A DNA stretch of 64,000 bases from Candidatus Microgenomates bacterium. GTDB taxonomy: Bacteria; Patescibacteriota; Microgenomatia; JACQLA01. Location of the stretch: the NCBI GenBank assembly GCA_016204255.1, contig JACQLA010000003.1, positions 42,255 through 106,254 of the forward strand, read 5' to 3'. The position numbers and the translations under genes are program-made. Shown here piece after piece: positions 19,066 to 29,035 of this stretch. The notes under the pieces were generated by a model that worked only from the letters and a program-made list of their open reading frames with translations, was not told the DNA's origin and searched no databases. Within the stretch, counting starts at the first letter, position 1; every line of letters begins with the position of its first letter.

Positions 19066-20397
19066 ATGCAAGAAAAAAACTTCCATCCAAATGAAGTCTG
19101 GTCTCGGCGTGAATTACAACACCCCGTTTATGGTGAGACGCGGCGAAGATTCATGCGTATTGATGAGCGGTTAAAAGCGGCAAATGCGCAATGCTTCGTT
19201 TGGCCAATGGGTGTATTTCATTATGATGCTCCCGGGAATGGAATTTTTGAAAAAATTGACGAAGCAGATATTATTACGTTGGAATTGGTGCGAGGTGCAG
19301 TAAGCGCAGGTTTGGCGGGGGAAAACGGAACTGTCTTGCAGGCAAATAGTTTTTGGCGGGAAATCATTGACCGGCTAAAAGATCATTGTGAGGATAAAAG
19401 GGTTGTTGGTGTTGCAACCAATAGAGATGCTCGAATGGCCGTTCGCCGCCTACGTGCTCATGAGGGGTTTGGTGGTGACGACGCCCCAACATTTACCGTC
19501 GAGGTCCAAGAAGAACATATTCATATTTTGTCTGCGCTTCTTTCAGCTGATCAACTGGCTGAATTAAAGACTTATAAATGGCTACGGACTGATGATTTGG
19601 TAATCAGCGGAACTATAGCGGAGCTCGTTAATGATCTCGTAAAAAAGTTGCCATCGGGAGTTGAGGATTTGTGGAAGAGGCGGCCTTTCGCCATCTTTCC
19701 CGGTCTTAATTTTGTGCATTGCAATGTCGAACAACTAATGGTAACAAATAATCCGTCAACCGCATTTATGGCCCCTCCCCATCCTTCAGTTTTAGAGTCA
19801 AGGGAGAAAATTTCTGATTTAGTTCGCGGCCTTCCGATGAACCTTTCTGACGAAGAAGTAGAATCGGTTACACGTTTTGCCGTCGAGAGTTTTCTTTATG
19901 CGCCTTCCTGCCTAACCGAAGCCCAAGAGATTTCGTACGCCCTCGACCAATACATTAAAAATAATTTGCGCGATGGCCAGACGATGAGAATTTTGCACAT
20001 TGGCGGAAGCGCTCATACATATAATATTACCCATGTTTTAAATGAGAGTATCAAAAATTCTCAGCGAATACAGATCGGGTCCCTGGATGATCCTCGCGCC
20101 GGAAATTTAAATGGGGATATCAGTGTATTCTTCCGGGAGGCAACCCCTTTTAACCGGCAACTCGCGGATATTTCTATTGTTAATCATGACTCCGTTCTTG
20201 ATCCGCAAAAAGCAGCTGAAGACACAAAAATAACTATTGAAAAGCATTGGCGGGAGTTCCAAAAACGAATATTTATCTGGAGAATTTTATGGAAGCAATT
20301 CAAGGCCGAGAAATTTTATAGTCCAGAGTGGATGCAGACCCGTCAAGCGCTTTACGAGATGGATGGTGTGGAATTGGAGAGACTTGCCGCCAAATAG
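19066..20397 (+). CDS. hypothetical protein (443 aa), 3 nt downstream of uvrC
   Basis: A long uninterrupted ORF. I recognise no motif. It looks GC-richer than its neighbours by eye. Confidence 0.5.
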   Translation: MQEKNFHPNEVWSRRELQHPVYGETRRRFMRIDERLKAANAQCFVWPMGVFHYDAPGNGIFEKIDEADIITLELVRGAVSAGLAGENGTVLQANSFWREIIDRLKDHCEDKRVVGVATNRDARMAVRRLRAHEGFGGDDAPTFTVEVQEEHIHILSALLSADQLAELKTYKWLRTDDLVISGTIAELVNDLVKKLPSGVEDLWKRRPFAIFPGLNFVHCNVEQLMVTNNPSTAFMAPPHPSVLESREKISDLVRGLPMNLSDEEVESVTRFAVESFLYAPSCLTEAQEISYALDQYIKNNLRDGQTMRILHIGGSAHTYNITHVLNESIKNSQRIQIGSLDDPRAGNLNGDISVFFREATPFNRQLADISIVNHDSVLDPQKAAEDTKITIEKHWREFQKRIFIWRILWKQFKAEKFYSPEWMQTRQALYEMDGVELERLAAK

Positions 20398-20430
20398 TAG
20401 AATGGAAAACTTCTCTTATTTGCCCAAAGA

Positions 20431-20724
20431 TTATTGAGCGTTTTGTGATACCGCCTTCTCAATCATGGCGTTAAGAGCATCCTTACTAACGCGCCATTCA
20501 TGTCCCAGTCTAAAGGCAGGAAGTTTACCGGAGCGACACCATCTCCAGACCGTGCGGGGGCCAACATGAAATATTCCGGCAACGTCACCTACTGTCAGTA
20601 ACTCATCGGGGAGAGAACCTGCGGTCGGTTCTGATTGATGGCTAAATATGGATCGCTCTCCGCCAACCAAGCCTCCCTCAGTTTTTATATCTGAACCTGC
20701 TCTTTCTCGCCTCTCTTTTACCAT
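20431..20724 (-). CDS. excisionase/MerR-type helix-turn-helix DNA-binding protein
   Basis: LLTVGDVAGIFHVGPRTVWRWCRSGKLPAFRLGHEWRV is the typical excisionase-family HTH signature. Confidence 0.7.
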   Translation of the reverse strand: MVKERRERAGSDIKTEGGLVGGERSIFSHQSEPTAGSLPDELLTVGDVAGIFHVGPRTVWRWCRSGKLPAFRLGHEWRVSKDALNAMIEKAVSQNAQ

Positions 20725-20902
20725 ATTTAATCTGTTGCCTTCATCTCTCCGATTAAATCGGGGAGTTTTCGGTAAGACGATTATAAATGGAAGATTATCA
20801 TAGCCTTACAGATCATGTCAAGCTAATCGATAATCTATCTGACAATTGCTTATTGCAGCGCTATTTTAAGCCAATGAACAGTCGCTAGGCTACTTCCCAA
20901 AT

Positions 20903-20931
20903 TTGACACCTCAATGGCTTTTTGCTAGGAT
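20903..20931 (+). promoter_or_regulatory. sigma70-type promoter (TTGACA-17 nt-TGCTAGGAT); 8 nt separate the -10 box from the ATG
   Basis: TTGACA lies at 20903-20908 and TAGGAT at 20926-20931, with TG at 20923-20924. The ATG is at 20940. Confidence 0.5.
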
Positions 20932-20939
20932 AAAGTTTA

Positions 20940-21344
20940 ATGAAAAAGGTTTTGCGCCTTTTTTTCATTAGTTTATTGGCTTTGTGGCTAACCTCAGAGC
21001 TGATTACTGGATTTACTTATCGCGGCGGTCTGACCACACTTATTTGGGCCGCCGGTATTTTTGCGGCAATGAACTTGTTTGTTAGGCCGCTTCTAAGGCT
21101 TTTTTTCCTGCCCCTGAATGTCGTTACAATGGGCTTTTTTTCTTGGGTAGTCAATATTATCGTTTTGTACCTTCTGACGATTGTTGTAACCCAGGTCAAA
21201 GTTCGTCCATTTGACTTTCCCGGGATGAATTATCAAGGGTTTACCGTTCCGGCAATGCATATCGGGTTTTTAGGGGCTTTTGTCGTGGCAACATTTACCA
21301 TAAGCTTTATTGAATCTTTTTTTAACTGGTTGGCAAAATCATGA
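20940..21344 (+). CDS. small membrane protein, DUF360 / phage-holin-4-like family
   Basis: 134 aa with four hydrophobic helices. The FVRPLLRLFFLPLNVVTMGFF segment resembles the YvlD/DUF360 family. Confidence 0.55.
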   Translation: MKKVLRLFFISLLALWLTSELITGFTYRGGLTTLIWAAGIFAAMNLFVRPLLRLFFLPLNVVTMGFFSWVVNIIVLYLLTIVVTQVKVRPFDFPGMNYQGFTVPAMHIGFLGAFVVATFTISFIESFFNWLAKS

Positions 21345-22306
21345 AAAACGATAAAAATTTAAAAATTGTTTGTCTTGGGGGAGGGGTAGGTACGGTTCAA
21401 CTGATTCGGGGCTTGCGCGAGTACTCCAAGGATATAACTGTAATTTGCTCTATGGCTGATGACGGCGGTTCGGCAGGGAGACTGCGCAGAATTTATAGCG
21501 TTCCGCCTCCTGGTGATTTAATCAACTGTCTGGCGGCTCTTTCGGATGCCGAACCAGCCTTAAAAGAGCTGCTTACTTTTCGGTTTGAAGGAAACCGTTA
21601 TGGGGGAGATCATTCATTAGTCGGGCAAAAGTTAGGCAATTTAATTCTGGTGGCCCTGACTAAAACCACCGGTAACTTTAATACTGCTTTAAACGAAGTT
21701 CACCGGATTTTTTCCAGCCACGGCAGAATAATTCCAGCAACAGTTGAAAATGTTTCTATTTCTGCCCGCACGATTGACGGAAAAATCATTGACGGCGAGG
21801 AAAAAATTGATCGGGGTGAATACAATGGGCCGCGGGGATTAAGTCATGTTTATCTTGAACCCGAAAATAGCCATGCCCCGCAGGAGGCGATTGCCGCCAT
21901 TGAGAAAGCCGATATTATTATTGCCGGGCCAGGAGATTTATATACTACGATTTTACCCGTGCTTTTGGTCAAAGATATTCAAAACGCGATTCAAAAATCT
22001 CAGGGGAAGAAAATCTTCGTAGTTAATGTTGCCAACAAACCATTTGAAACTCCAAATTACGCCATCTCCGATTTTCTTACCGCCATTACAAAACATTGCG
22101 GCCAGTTTCCTTTCAAGTATGTTTTGGCCAATAATAATCTTTTACCCAAAATGCCAAGTAAACTTCGCTATGCGTATGTTAAGCCCGAGGAACCGAAAAG
22201 TGCAAATGGGTTAAGCGTGATATATACTGATCTTATAAATGAAGATTATCCCCTCTATCACGATCCTCAGAAACTTGCGAAAAAAGTGATAAGTATAGTA
22301 GAATAA
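21341..22306 (+). CDS. yvcK: YvcK/CofD-like (UPF0052) gluconeogenesis-factor family protein
   Basis: KIVCLGGGVGTVQLIRGL..MADDGGSAGRLRR is the family signature. Confidence 0.8.
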   Translation: MKNDKNLKIVCLGGGVGTVQLIRGLREYSKDITVICSMADDGGSAGRLRRIYSVPPPGDLINCLAALSDAEPALKELLTFRFEGNRYGGDHSLVGQKLGNLILVALTKTTGNFNTALNEVHRIFSSHGRIIPATVENVSISARTIDGKIIDGEEKIDRGEYNGPRGLSHVYLEPENSHAPQEAIAAIEKADIIIAGPGDLYTTILPVLLVKDIQNAIQKSQGKKIFVVNVANKPFETPNYAISDFLTAITKHCGQFPFKYVLANNNLLPKMPSKLRYAYVKPEEPKSANGLSVIYTDLINEDYPLYHDPQKLAKKVISIVE

Positions 22307-22311
22307 CCAGC

Positions 22312-22533
22312 ATGAACTTTGTTTTACCCGCACTTCAGATCGTCATTTCGCTGGTCTTAATTATTTTCATCCTTCTTCAAGAAAAGGGTGGGGGTTTAGG
22401 TTCGGCTTGGGGCGGAAGCGGTGAATTTTATCGTTCACGGCGGGGTGTAGAAAAAATTTTATTTTACGCCACTATAATTATAGCGTCTCTCTTTCTTATA
22501 AGTTCTGTCGTAGGGGTTGTTGTTAATCCCTAA
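22312..22533 (+). CDS. secG: preprotein translocase subunit SecG
   Basis: 73 aa with two TM helices and an ILLQEKGGGLGSAWGG motif. Confidence 0.8.
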   Translation: MNFVLPALQIVISLVLIIFILLQEKGGGLGSAWGGSGEFYRSRRGVEKILFYATIIIASLFLISSVVGVVVNP

Positions 22534-22560
22534 CACGTCGATTACTCTTTAAAAGAGATT

Positions 22561-23934
22561 ATGCATCCTTCCATAGTGATTTTAAAAGTGAGATCCTTTT
22601 TGTGGCTGATGCATGCCTTGGCCAAACGGTATCGCCGTTTTTTAGTTACCGGTTTTTTCCTCGGGGTGGTTGCTTTCGCATTGATAATTTTTCTTTACCC
22701 CATACTTCGGCCCGTTATAAGTGGACCCAATGTTAAAAGAATTGGTATCATTGGCAGTTATACCCCCAGCAATTTCCCAATTAAAATACAGAGTTCTATC
22801 AGTTTTGGCTTGACCCAATTGACTCCGAACGGTGAAGCAACTGGCGCGGCAGCCGCCAGTTGGGAGGTTGACGAGGACGGCAAGCGATATGTTTTTCATC
22901 TGGCTGAAAATCTAATCTGGCAGGATGGAGAAAAGCTTAAAGCCGCGGATATAAACTACAATTTTAAAGATACCGGTGTAAAAATTACTAATGATCAGAC
23001 CATTGAGTTTAATCTCAAAGAGCCCTTTGCCCCTTTTCCAACGCTGGTTTCTCAACCTCTTTTTAAAAAAGGTCTTGTTGGTCTAGGAAGGTATCGGGCA
23101 ACTTTTCTGAAGGTTTCAAAAGTAAATGGGGATGACAACCTGCAGACTTTAGCTCTCACCCCAACAACTAAATCGGCCAATCTCCCAATTCTGGAGTATA
23201 AATTTTATCCTACAGAGAAAAGTGCTCTAACCGCCTTTAAGTTGGGTGAGGTCGATAATCTCGAAGGAATAACTGATATTTCTGTTTTTGATAATTGGCC
23301 TGTCAAGATTGAGAAGGAAACCCTTTTTAATCGGCTGGTCGCCGTTTTTTACCATACGGAAAACGGTTTTTTAGCCGAAAAAAATATTCGTCAGGCGCTA
23401 ACTTATGCCTTGCCAGATTTTTCACAGGGGTATTCCGCTTCCTCATCAATTAATACAAACTCTTGGGCATACAACGATGATGTTAAAAAATATGAGTATG
23501 ATCCGAAAATGGCTCAGGAGCTCTTTAAAAAGACGGGCATTGCAACCAAATCTGGTGAACGAAAATTAACTTTAACCACAATGGCCGTTTATGAGCCGGA
23601 AGCCAGGGAGATAAGCAAGGCCTGGCAGGATTTGGGAATCGAAACAAATATTGAAATCGCCGACCAACTGCCAGCGAATTTTGAAGTTTTGCTTGCCACC
23701 CAAGAAATCCCGGCTGATCCCGACCAATACAGTCTTTGGCATTCAACACAGGAAAAAACGAATATTACCCATTATAAAAACCCTCGAATTGACAAGCTAC
23801 TTGAAGATGGAAGAACTACAGTTGATAAAAAGGAAAGAAAACGAATCTATTTTGACTTTCAAAAATATCTTATCGATGATGCGCCCGCGGCCTTTCTTTA
23901 CCACCCTGTGGTTTATAACATCTCCCGCCGCTAA
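22561..23934 (+). CDS. ABC-type solute-binding protein, family 5 (peptide/nickel type), membrane-anchored
   Basis: The size, the N-terminal TM and the overall SBP_bac_5-like sequence support this. The start is uncertain (alternative Met at 22609). No cognate permease genes are adjacent. Confidence 0.65.
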   Translation: MHPSIVILKVRSFLWLMHALAKRYRRFLVTGFFLGVVAFALIIFLYPILRPVISGPNVKRIGIIGSYTPSNFPIKIQSSISFGLTQLTPNGEATGAAAASWEVDEDGKRYVFHLAENLIWQDGEKLKAADINYNFKDTGVKITNDQTIEFNLKEPFAPFPTLVSQPLFKKGLVGLGRYRATFLKVSKVNGDDNLQTLALTPTTKSANLPILEYKFYPTEKSALTAFKLGEVDNLEGITDISVFDNWPVKIEKETLFNRLVAVFYHTENGFLAEKNIRQALTYALPDFSQGYSASSSINTNSWAYNDDVKKYEYDPKMAQELFKKTGIATKSGERKLTLTTMAVYEPEAREISKAWQDLGIETNIEIADQLPANFEVLLATQEIPADPDQYSLWHSTQEKTNITHYKNPRIDKLLEDGRTTVDKKERKRIYFDFQKYLIDDAPAAFLYHPVVYNISRR

Positions 23935-24008
23935 TTCCCTGATTGAAAATCGTTTTATCTTCTGCTAAAGTAAAATCCCAGAAACATCCTGTTTCTCCTT
24001 TTTACTTT

Positions 24009-25052
24009 ATGACCGGAAAACTTGTCCTTGAAGATGGCTCTGTTTTTATTGGCGAAAGTTTTGGAGCAAATATTCCCAGTAGTGGCGAACTGGTTTTTTC
24101 AACCGGCATGGTTGGTTATCCCGAAAGCCTTACAGATCCCTCTTATTGCGGCCAAATCCTCATTCTGACGTATCCTCTGGTTGGGAATTATGGAGTTCCG
24201 GCAAAAGCCTCCTGGGAATCAGGCGGAATCAAAGTTTGGGGCTTAGTGGTTTCCAATTACATCGATACACCATCTCATTCACAAAGCAAAATGACACTTT
24301 CAGCCTGGCTTAAGAGCGAAAAAATTCCTGCCCTTGAAATTGCAGATACGCGCCTTTTGGCGCAAAAAATCCGGGAGAAAGGAACAATGTTGGGAAAGAT
24401 TGTTTTTAATAAGGACACCGATTTTTATGATCCAAATAAGGAAAATCTTATTAAAATTGTTTCGAAAAAAACAGTTCTGATCGAGGGTATGTCTGGCAAA
24501 AAGCATAAAAAGGTGCTGCTTATTGATTGCGGGGTCAAGGAAAGCATAAAGCGTTGCCTTCTTAAACGCCGGATACAGCTTATCCAGGTTCCGGCCGATT
24601 ATGACCCATTTTCCGGGGGGCAGAATTTTGACGGAATTGTAGTTTCCAACGGCCCCGGTGATCCGAAAATGGCACGTACTGCCATTCAAACCATTAAAAC
24701 GGGACTTAAAAAGCGTATTCCCACACTTGGTATTTGTCTTGGACATCAGATTCTTGCTTTAGCATCAGGGGGAGACACCTATAAACTTAAGTTCGGGCAT
24801 CGAAGCCAAAACCAGCCATGTGTTTTAGTTGATACGCCCCGATGTTTTATTACCAGTCAAAACCACGGTTTTGCCGTGGGGAAAATTCCCCCCGGATTTA
24901 AAAATTGGTTTATAAACGCCAATGATGGCTCAAATGAAGGCATCATTCACAAAAGCGGTCTTTTTATGTCAGCCCAATTCCACCCGGAAGCCAATCCGGG
25001 ACCCTTTGATACCGAATGGATTTTTGATTTTTTCCTCTCTAAGCTCGATTAA
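24009..25052 (+). CDS. carA: carbamoyl-phosphate synthase small (glutaminase) subunit
   Basis: It has the LVLEDGSVF.G.SFGA N-terminus and the GATase triad region GICLGHQ. I prefer the start at the ATG at 24009. Confidence 0.9.
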   Translation: MTGKLVLEDGSVFIGESFGANIPSSGELVFSTGMVGYPESLTDPSYCGQILILTYPLVGNYGVPAKASWESGGIKVWGLVVSNYIDTPSHSQSKMTLSAWLKSEKIPALEIADTRLLAQKIREKGTMLGKIVFNKDTDFYDPNKENLIKIVSKKTVLIEGMSGKKHKKVLLIDCGVKESIKRCLLKRRIQLIQVPADYDPFSGGQNFDGIVVSNGPGDPKMARTAIQTIKTGLKKRIPTLGICLGHQILALASGGDTYKLKFGHRSQNQPCVLVDTPRCFITSQNHGFAVGKIPPGFKNWFINANDGSNEGIIHKSGLFMSAQFHPEANPGPFDTEWIFDFFLSKLD

Positions 25053-25057
25053 ACAAG

Positions 25058-28000
25058 ATGCAAAAAATTAACAAAGTATTAATTTTAGGCTCGGGAGCAT
25101 TAAAAATCGGTGAAGCGGGAGAATTTGATTATTCTGGCTCGCAAGCTATAAAAGCCCTTAAGGAAGAGGGGATTAGAACCGTCCTGGTAAATCCCAATAT
25201 TGCCACGATTCAAACTTCCAAATTCCTGACCGATACGGTCTACTTTTTACCGGTTAACGATTTTTTTGTCGAAAAGGTTATTGAAAAGGAAAAACCGGAT
25301 GGAATTTTTCTAGCTTTTGGAGGACAAACCGCCCTTAATTGTGGTATTCAGCTTCACAAGAGGAGGGTTCTCAAAAAGCATAACATAGCGATTTTAGGCA
25401 GTCCAATGTCGGCCATTCTTTTAACCGAAGATCGGAATAAATTTGCCCGGCACCTGGAGCGTGTCGGCCTGCCAATCCCTAAAAGTGGAAGCGCTAAAAC
25501 AATTAACCAAGCCCTTAAGATTGCGCAAAAAATCGGTTTTCCGGTCATGGTTCGGGCGGGATTTGCATTGGGAGGCCAGGGTTCAGGCGTGGCCAAAAAT
25601 GCCCGGAGTTTAAAGTCAATTTTGAATAAAGCCTTTTCCTTTGTACCCCAGGTTTTAATCGAACAGTATTTGCATCATTATAGGGAGTTTGAATATGAAA
25701 TTGTCCGCGACCTGCACGGAAACTGCATTACAGTTTGCAACATGGAAAATATGGATCCGATGGGCATACATACGGGAGAATCAATTGTTGTCGCTCCTAG
25801 TCAAACCCTTAATAATTTTGAGTATCACAGCTTACGGTCTGCGGCGATTAAAATTGTGAATAGTTTAAAAATTGTGGGAGAATGCAATGTCCAATTTGCT
25901 GTTAACCCTTCGTCCGCGGAACCCTTTAAATATTACGTAATTGAAGTTAATGCCCGTCTTTCTCGCAGCTCGGCTCTTGCCTCAAAGGCTACCGGCTATC
26001 CTTTGGCCTACGTTGCCGCCAAACTAGCTCTAGGACAGAATCTAACCACCATTAAAAATAAGGTTACCGGCGTTACCCAATCATGTTTTGAGCCGGCTCT
26101 TGATTATATTGTTGTGAAAATCCCCCGCTGGGATATGGATAAGTTTCGCGGTGCTAAGGAGCAGATAGGTTCAAGCATGAAATCCGTTGGCGAAGTCATG
26201 GGCATCGGCCGGACATTTGAGGAGGCTTACCAGAAAACAATCCGGATGTTAGATCTAGATCTGGAAGGCCCGACTGACGAGAAAATGTTGAAAAACGGAA
26301 AAAATGTTGATCACGATGTCAATAAGGAACTCACAAAACCCACTCCAAAACGAATGTTTGGTATTGCACAGGCCTTAAAGCGAGGATTTTCAATTGAAAA
26401 AATCCACGAACTCACCGGTATTGATCCTTGGTTTCTTTCACGGATTGAGAATATCGTTTTACAAGAAGCAAAAGTCAAAAAAACTTCGTCTTTAGATTGT
26501 GAAAAACTTTTAAAACTTAAACGATTAGGTTTTTCAGACAAAAGAATTGGCGAGCTCCTGGGCACAACCGGTCTGAATGTCCGCGCATTGAGAAAAAAAT
26601 TTAATCTCCGTCCATTTATTTTTCAAATCGACACCTTAGCCGCCGAATTTCCGGCCAGAACTAATTATCTATATTGCACATATAATGCGATTCATAACGA
26701 TGTTGTCCCCACAGGGAAAGAGGCAGTAATTGTTTTAGGCTCCGGACCATACCGCATTGGGTCCTCGGTTGAATTCGATTGGACAACCGTTAATACCGCT
26801 CTCTCCTTAAAAAATGAAAATAAAAAATCAATCATGATTAATTGTAATCCCGAAACCGTTTCCACCGATTATGATATTTCTGACCGCCTTTATTTTGAAG
26901 AACTTACCTTTGAACGAATTGCCGATATTTATGAGTTTGAAAATCCTTTGGGCGTAATTGTTTCTGTCGGTGGGCAAACACCTAATAATCGGGCTCAAGC
27001 TTTGAAAAAAAGCGGGTTTAACGTCTTGGGAACGGATCCAAGTGATATCGATCGGGCGGAAGATAGGAGCAAATTTTCAAAACTTCTTGACGATTTAGGA
27101 ATTAAGCAACCTGCCTGGGATAAATTTTCTTCGCGGGCGGCTGCGGCTGATTTTTGCGAACACGTTGGCTATCCTGTTTTGATTCGGCCATCATACGTTT
27201 TATCGGGAAACGCGATGAGAATCTGCCACAACCGTCAGGAGCTAAATCACTACACAAAACGGGCCTTAATTGTTTCCCAGGAATATCCGATTACCATTTC
27301 GAAATTCATCGAGGACGCAAAAGAAATCGAATTTGATGCCGTGGCGGAAAAGGGCAAAATAAAAACAATGATAATTTCAGAACATGTCGAAAATGCCGGA
27401 ATTCACTCCGGGGACGCAACAATTGTTTTGCCGCCTCAAAAAATATATCTTGAAACCCAAAGAAAAATTCAGGATGTTGGCCGAAAAATTGCCAAAACGC
27501 TTTCAATTAGCGGTCCTTTTAACATCCAATTTTTAGCCAAGGACAATGAGATCTTAGTGATTGAAATTAATCTGCGTTCTTCCCGAACCTTTCCTTTCAT
27601 CGCAAAAGTTTCCGGTATTGACCTTATGGGGCTTGCGGTTAAGGCTTTTTTTGGCCGCAATGGTCCGGAAATTAATGGTAACGGTGGTCCTCATTTTGTT
27701 GCGGTTAAGGTTCCTCAGTTCTCCTTCGCCAGACTGGCCGGCGCCGATCCGATTTTAAATGTTGAAATGTCTTCAACGGGAGAGGCTGCCTGTTTTGGTG
27801 ATGATATACAGGAAGCCTTTTTAAAGGCCGAAATAAGCGTTGGCGGTAAAATTCCAAAAAAAGGAATATTTGTAAGTCTTGGTGGGGAGGAAAATAAGAT
27901 AAAATTTTTGAAAAGCAGTCGCCTTCTGTCGAAGATAAATCTGCCGATTTTTGCCACCGAAAAAACTGCTCAATTTTTAAATAAAAAGGGGGTTGAAGCA

Positions 28001-28261
28001 AAAAAACTTTATAAAATCCATGAAAAAAAATCCCCCAACATCTTGCAGTTTTTTCAACGCGGCAAGGTCGATTTGGTCATCAACGTTGTCGATCATCATT
28101 TTATCAAAGAGTTGGATGATGATTACGCCATCCGGCGGTGGGCAGTTGATTACAATATCCCGCTTTTTACCGATCTTAAAAAAGCCGAGCTTTTTGTCAA
28201 AGCTTTAAGCGAGAAAAGACTTGAGGATTTAATAATCAAACCCTGGTCTGACTACCGGTAG
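25058..28261 (+). CDS. carB: carbamoyl-phosphate synthase large subunit
   Basis: 1067 aa with duplicated ATP-grasp modules, a KVLILGSGALKIGEAGEFDYSGSQA N-terminus and an MGS-like C-terminus. Confidence 0.95.
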   Translation: MQKINKVLILGSGALKIGEAGEFDYSGSQAIKALKEEGIRTVLVNPNIATIQTSKFLTDTVYFLPVNDFFVEKVIEKEKPDGIFLAFGGQTALNCGIQLHKRRVLKKHNIAILGSPMSAILLTEDRNKFARHLERVGLPIPKSGSAKTINQALKIAQKIGFPVMVRAGFALGGQGSGVAKNARSLKSILNKAFSFVPQVLIEQYLHHYREFEYEIVRDLHGNCITVCNMENMDPMGIHTGESIVVAPSQTLNNFEYHSLRSAAIKIVNSLKIVGECNVQFAVNPSSAEPFKYYVIEVNARLSRSSALASKATGYPLAYVAAKLALGQNLTTIKNKVTGVTQSCFEPALDYIVVKIPRWDMDKFRGAKEQIGSSMKSVGEVMGIGRTFEEAYQKTIRMLDLDLEGPTDEKMLKNGKNVDHDVNKELTKPTPKRMFGIAQALKRGFSIEKIHELTGIDPWFLSRIENIVLQEAKVKKTSSLDCEKLLKLKRLGFSDKRIGELLGTTGLNVRALRKKFNLRPFIFQIDTLAAEFPARTNYLYCTYNAIHNDVVPTGKEAVIVLGSGPYRIGSSVEFDWTTVNTALSLKNENKKSIMINCNPETVSTDYDISDRLYFEELTFERIADIYEFENPLGVIVSVGGQTPNNRAQALKKSGFNVLGTDPSDIDRAEDRSKFSKLLDDLGIKQPAWDKFSSRAAAADFCEHVGYPVLIRPSYVLSGNAMRICHNRQELNHYTKRALIVSQEYPITISKFIEDAKEIEFDAVAEKGKIKTMIISEHVENAGIHSGDATIVLPPQKIYLETQRKIQDVGRKIAKTLSISGPFNIQFLAKDNEILVIEINLRSSRTFPFIAKVSGIDLMGLAVKAFFGRNGPEINGNGGPHFVAVKVPQFSFARLAGADPILNVEMSSTGEAACFGDDIQEAFLKAEISVGGKIPKKGIFVSLGGEENKIKFLKSSRLLSKINLPIFATEKTAQFLNKKGVEAKKLYKIHEKKSPNILQFFQRGKVDLVINVVDHHFIKELDDDYAIRRWAVDYNIPLFTDLKKAELFVKALSEKRLEDLIIKPWSDYR

Positions 28262-28303
28262 TTTGACAAAGAATAGGGGATAAGATAGGCTAAAATTACC
28301 CTT

Positions 28304-29035
28304 ATGTTAGTCGTCAAAAACCTCATAAAAAATTTTGGCAATTTCCGCGCTGTCGACAATCTTTCTTTAAGTATTAAAGAAGGTCAAACTTACGCGCTTA
28401 TTGGCCCCAATGGGGCCGGAAAAACAACCACCATAAAAATTCTGGCTGGACTTTATTTACCCGACGATGGAAAAGCTGATTTTTTGGGAAAAGATTTGTT
28501 TTCGGAAAAAAATGATGTTCGCCGCTTAATTGGTTACATCCCGGACGAACCGGTTTTTTATCCTGGCCTTTCAGGGCAGGAGTTTTTAAATTTTATAAGC
28601 GCACTTTATGGCGTTTCTGAAACAAAGAAAAAAGAAGTCCTAACCTATCTTTTTGATCTTTTTCCTTTAAAAGACATTTTAGGCGGGCAACCCGAAAGCT
28701 ACTCTCGGGGCAATAAACAAAAGCTGGCGATTTGCTCAGCCCTTTTGCCCGAACCGAAACTGCTGTTAATTGATGAGCCGATTGTTGGCCTCGATCCCCA
28801 AAGCGCCAAGGCCGCTCTTTCGCTTTTTAAAGCATTCACGAAAAATGGCGGTAGTATTTTAGTTTCGACGCATACCCTAGCGGTAGCGGAAGAAATTGCA
28901 GGTTGCGTGGGCATTATTGACCAGGGAAAACTTCTTGCTGAGGGCGATCTTAAAACACTGCGGCAAAAGGCAAAGCTTAAAACTGCTCATCTGGAGGAAG
29001 TTTTTCTTAAAATTACTAAAGAAGCCGATGCTTAA
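28304..29035 (+). CDS. ABC transporter ATP-binding protein
   Basis: It has Walker A GPNGAGKTT, the signature-like YSRGNKQKL and Walker B LLLIDEP. Confidence 0.85.
   Translation: MLVVKNLIKNFGNFRAVDNLSLSIKEGQTYALIGPNGAGKTTTIKILAGLYLPDDGKADFLGKDLFSEKNDVRRLIGYIPDEPVFYPGLSGQEFLNFISALYGVSETKKKEVLTYLFDLFPLKDILGGQPESYSRGNKQKLAICSALLPEPKLLLIDEPIVGLDPQSAKAALSLFKAFTKNGGSILVSTHTLAVAEEIAGCVGIIDQGKLLAEGDLKTLRQKAKLKTAHLEEVFLKITKEADA

Noticed and set aside
28896-29027. Permease ORF start at 28896, overlapping 140 nt of the ABC ATPase gene.
   Set aside because: The in-frame ATG at 29028 overlaps the ATPase stop, which is typical coupling, and it precedes the first TM helix.
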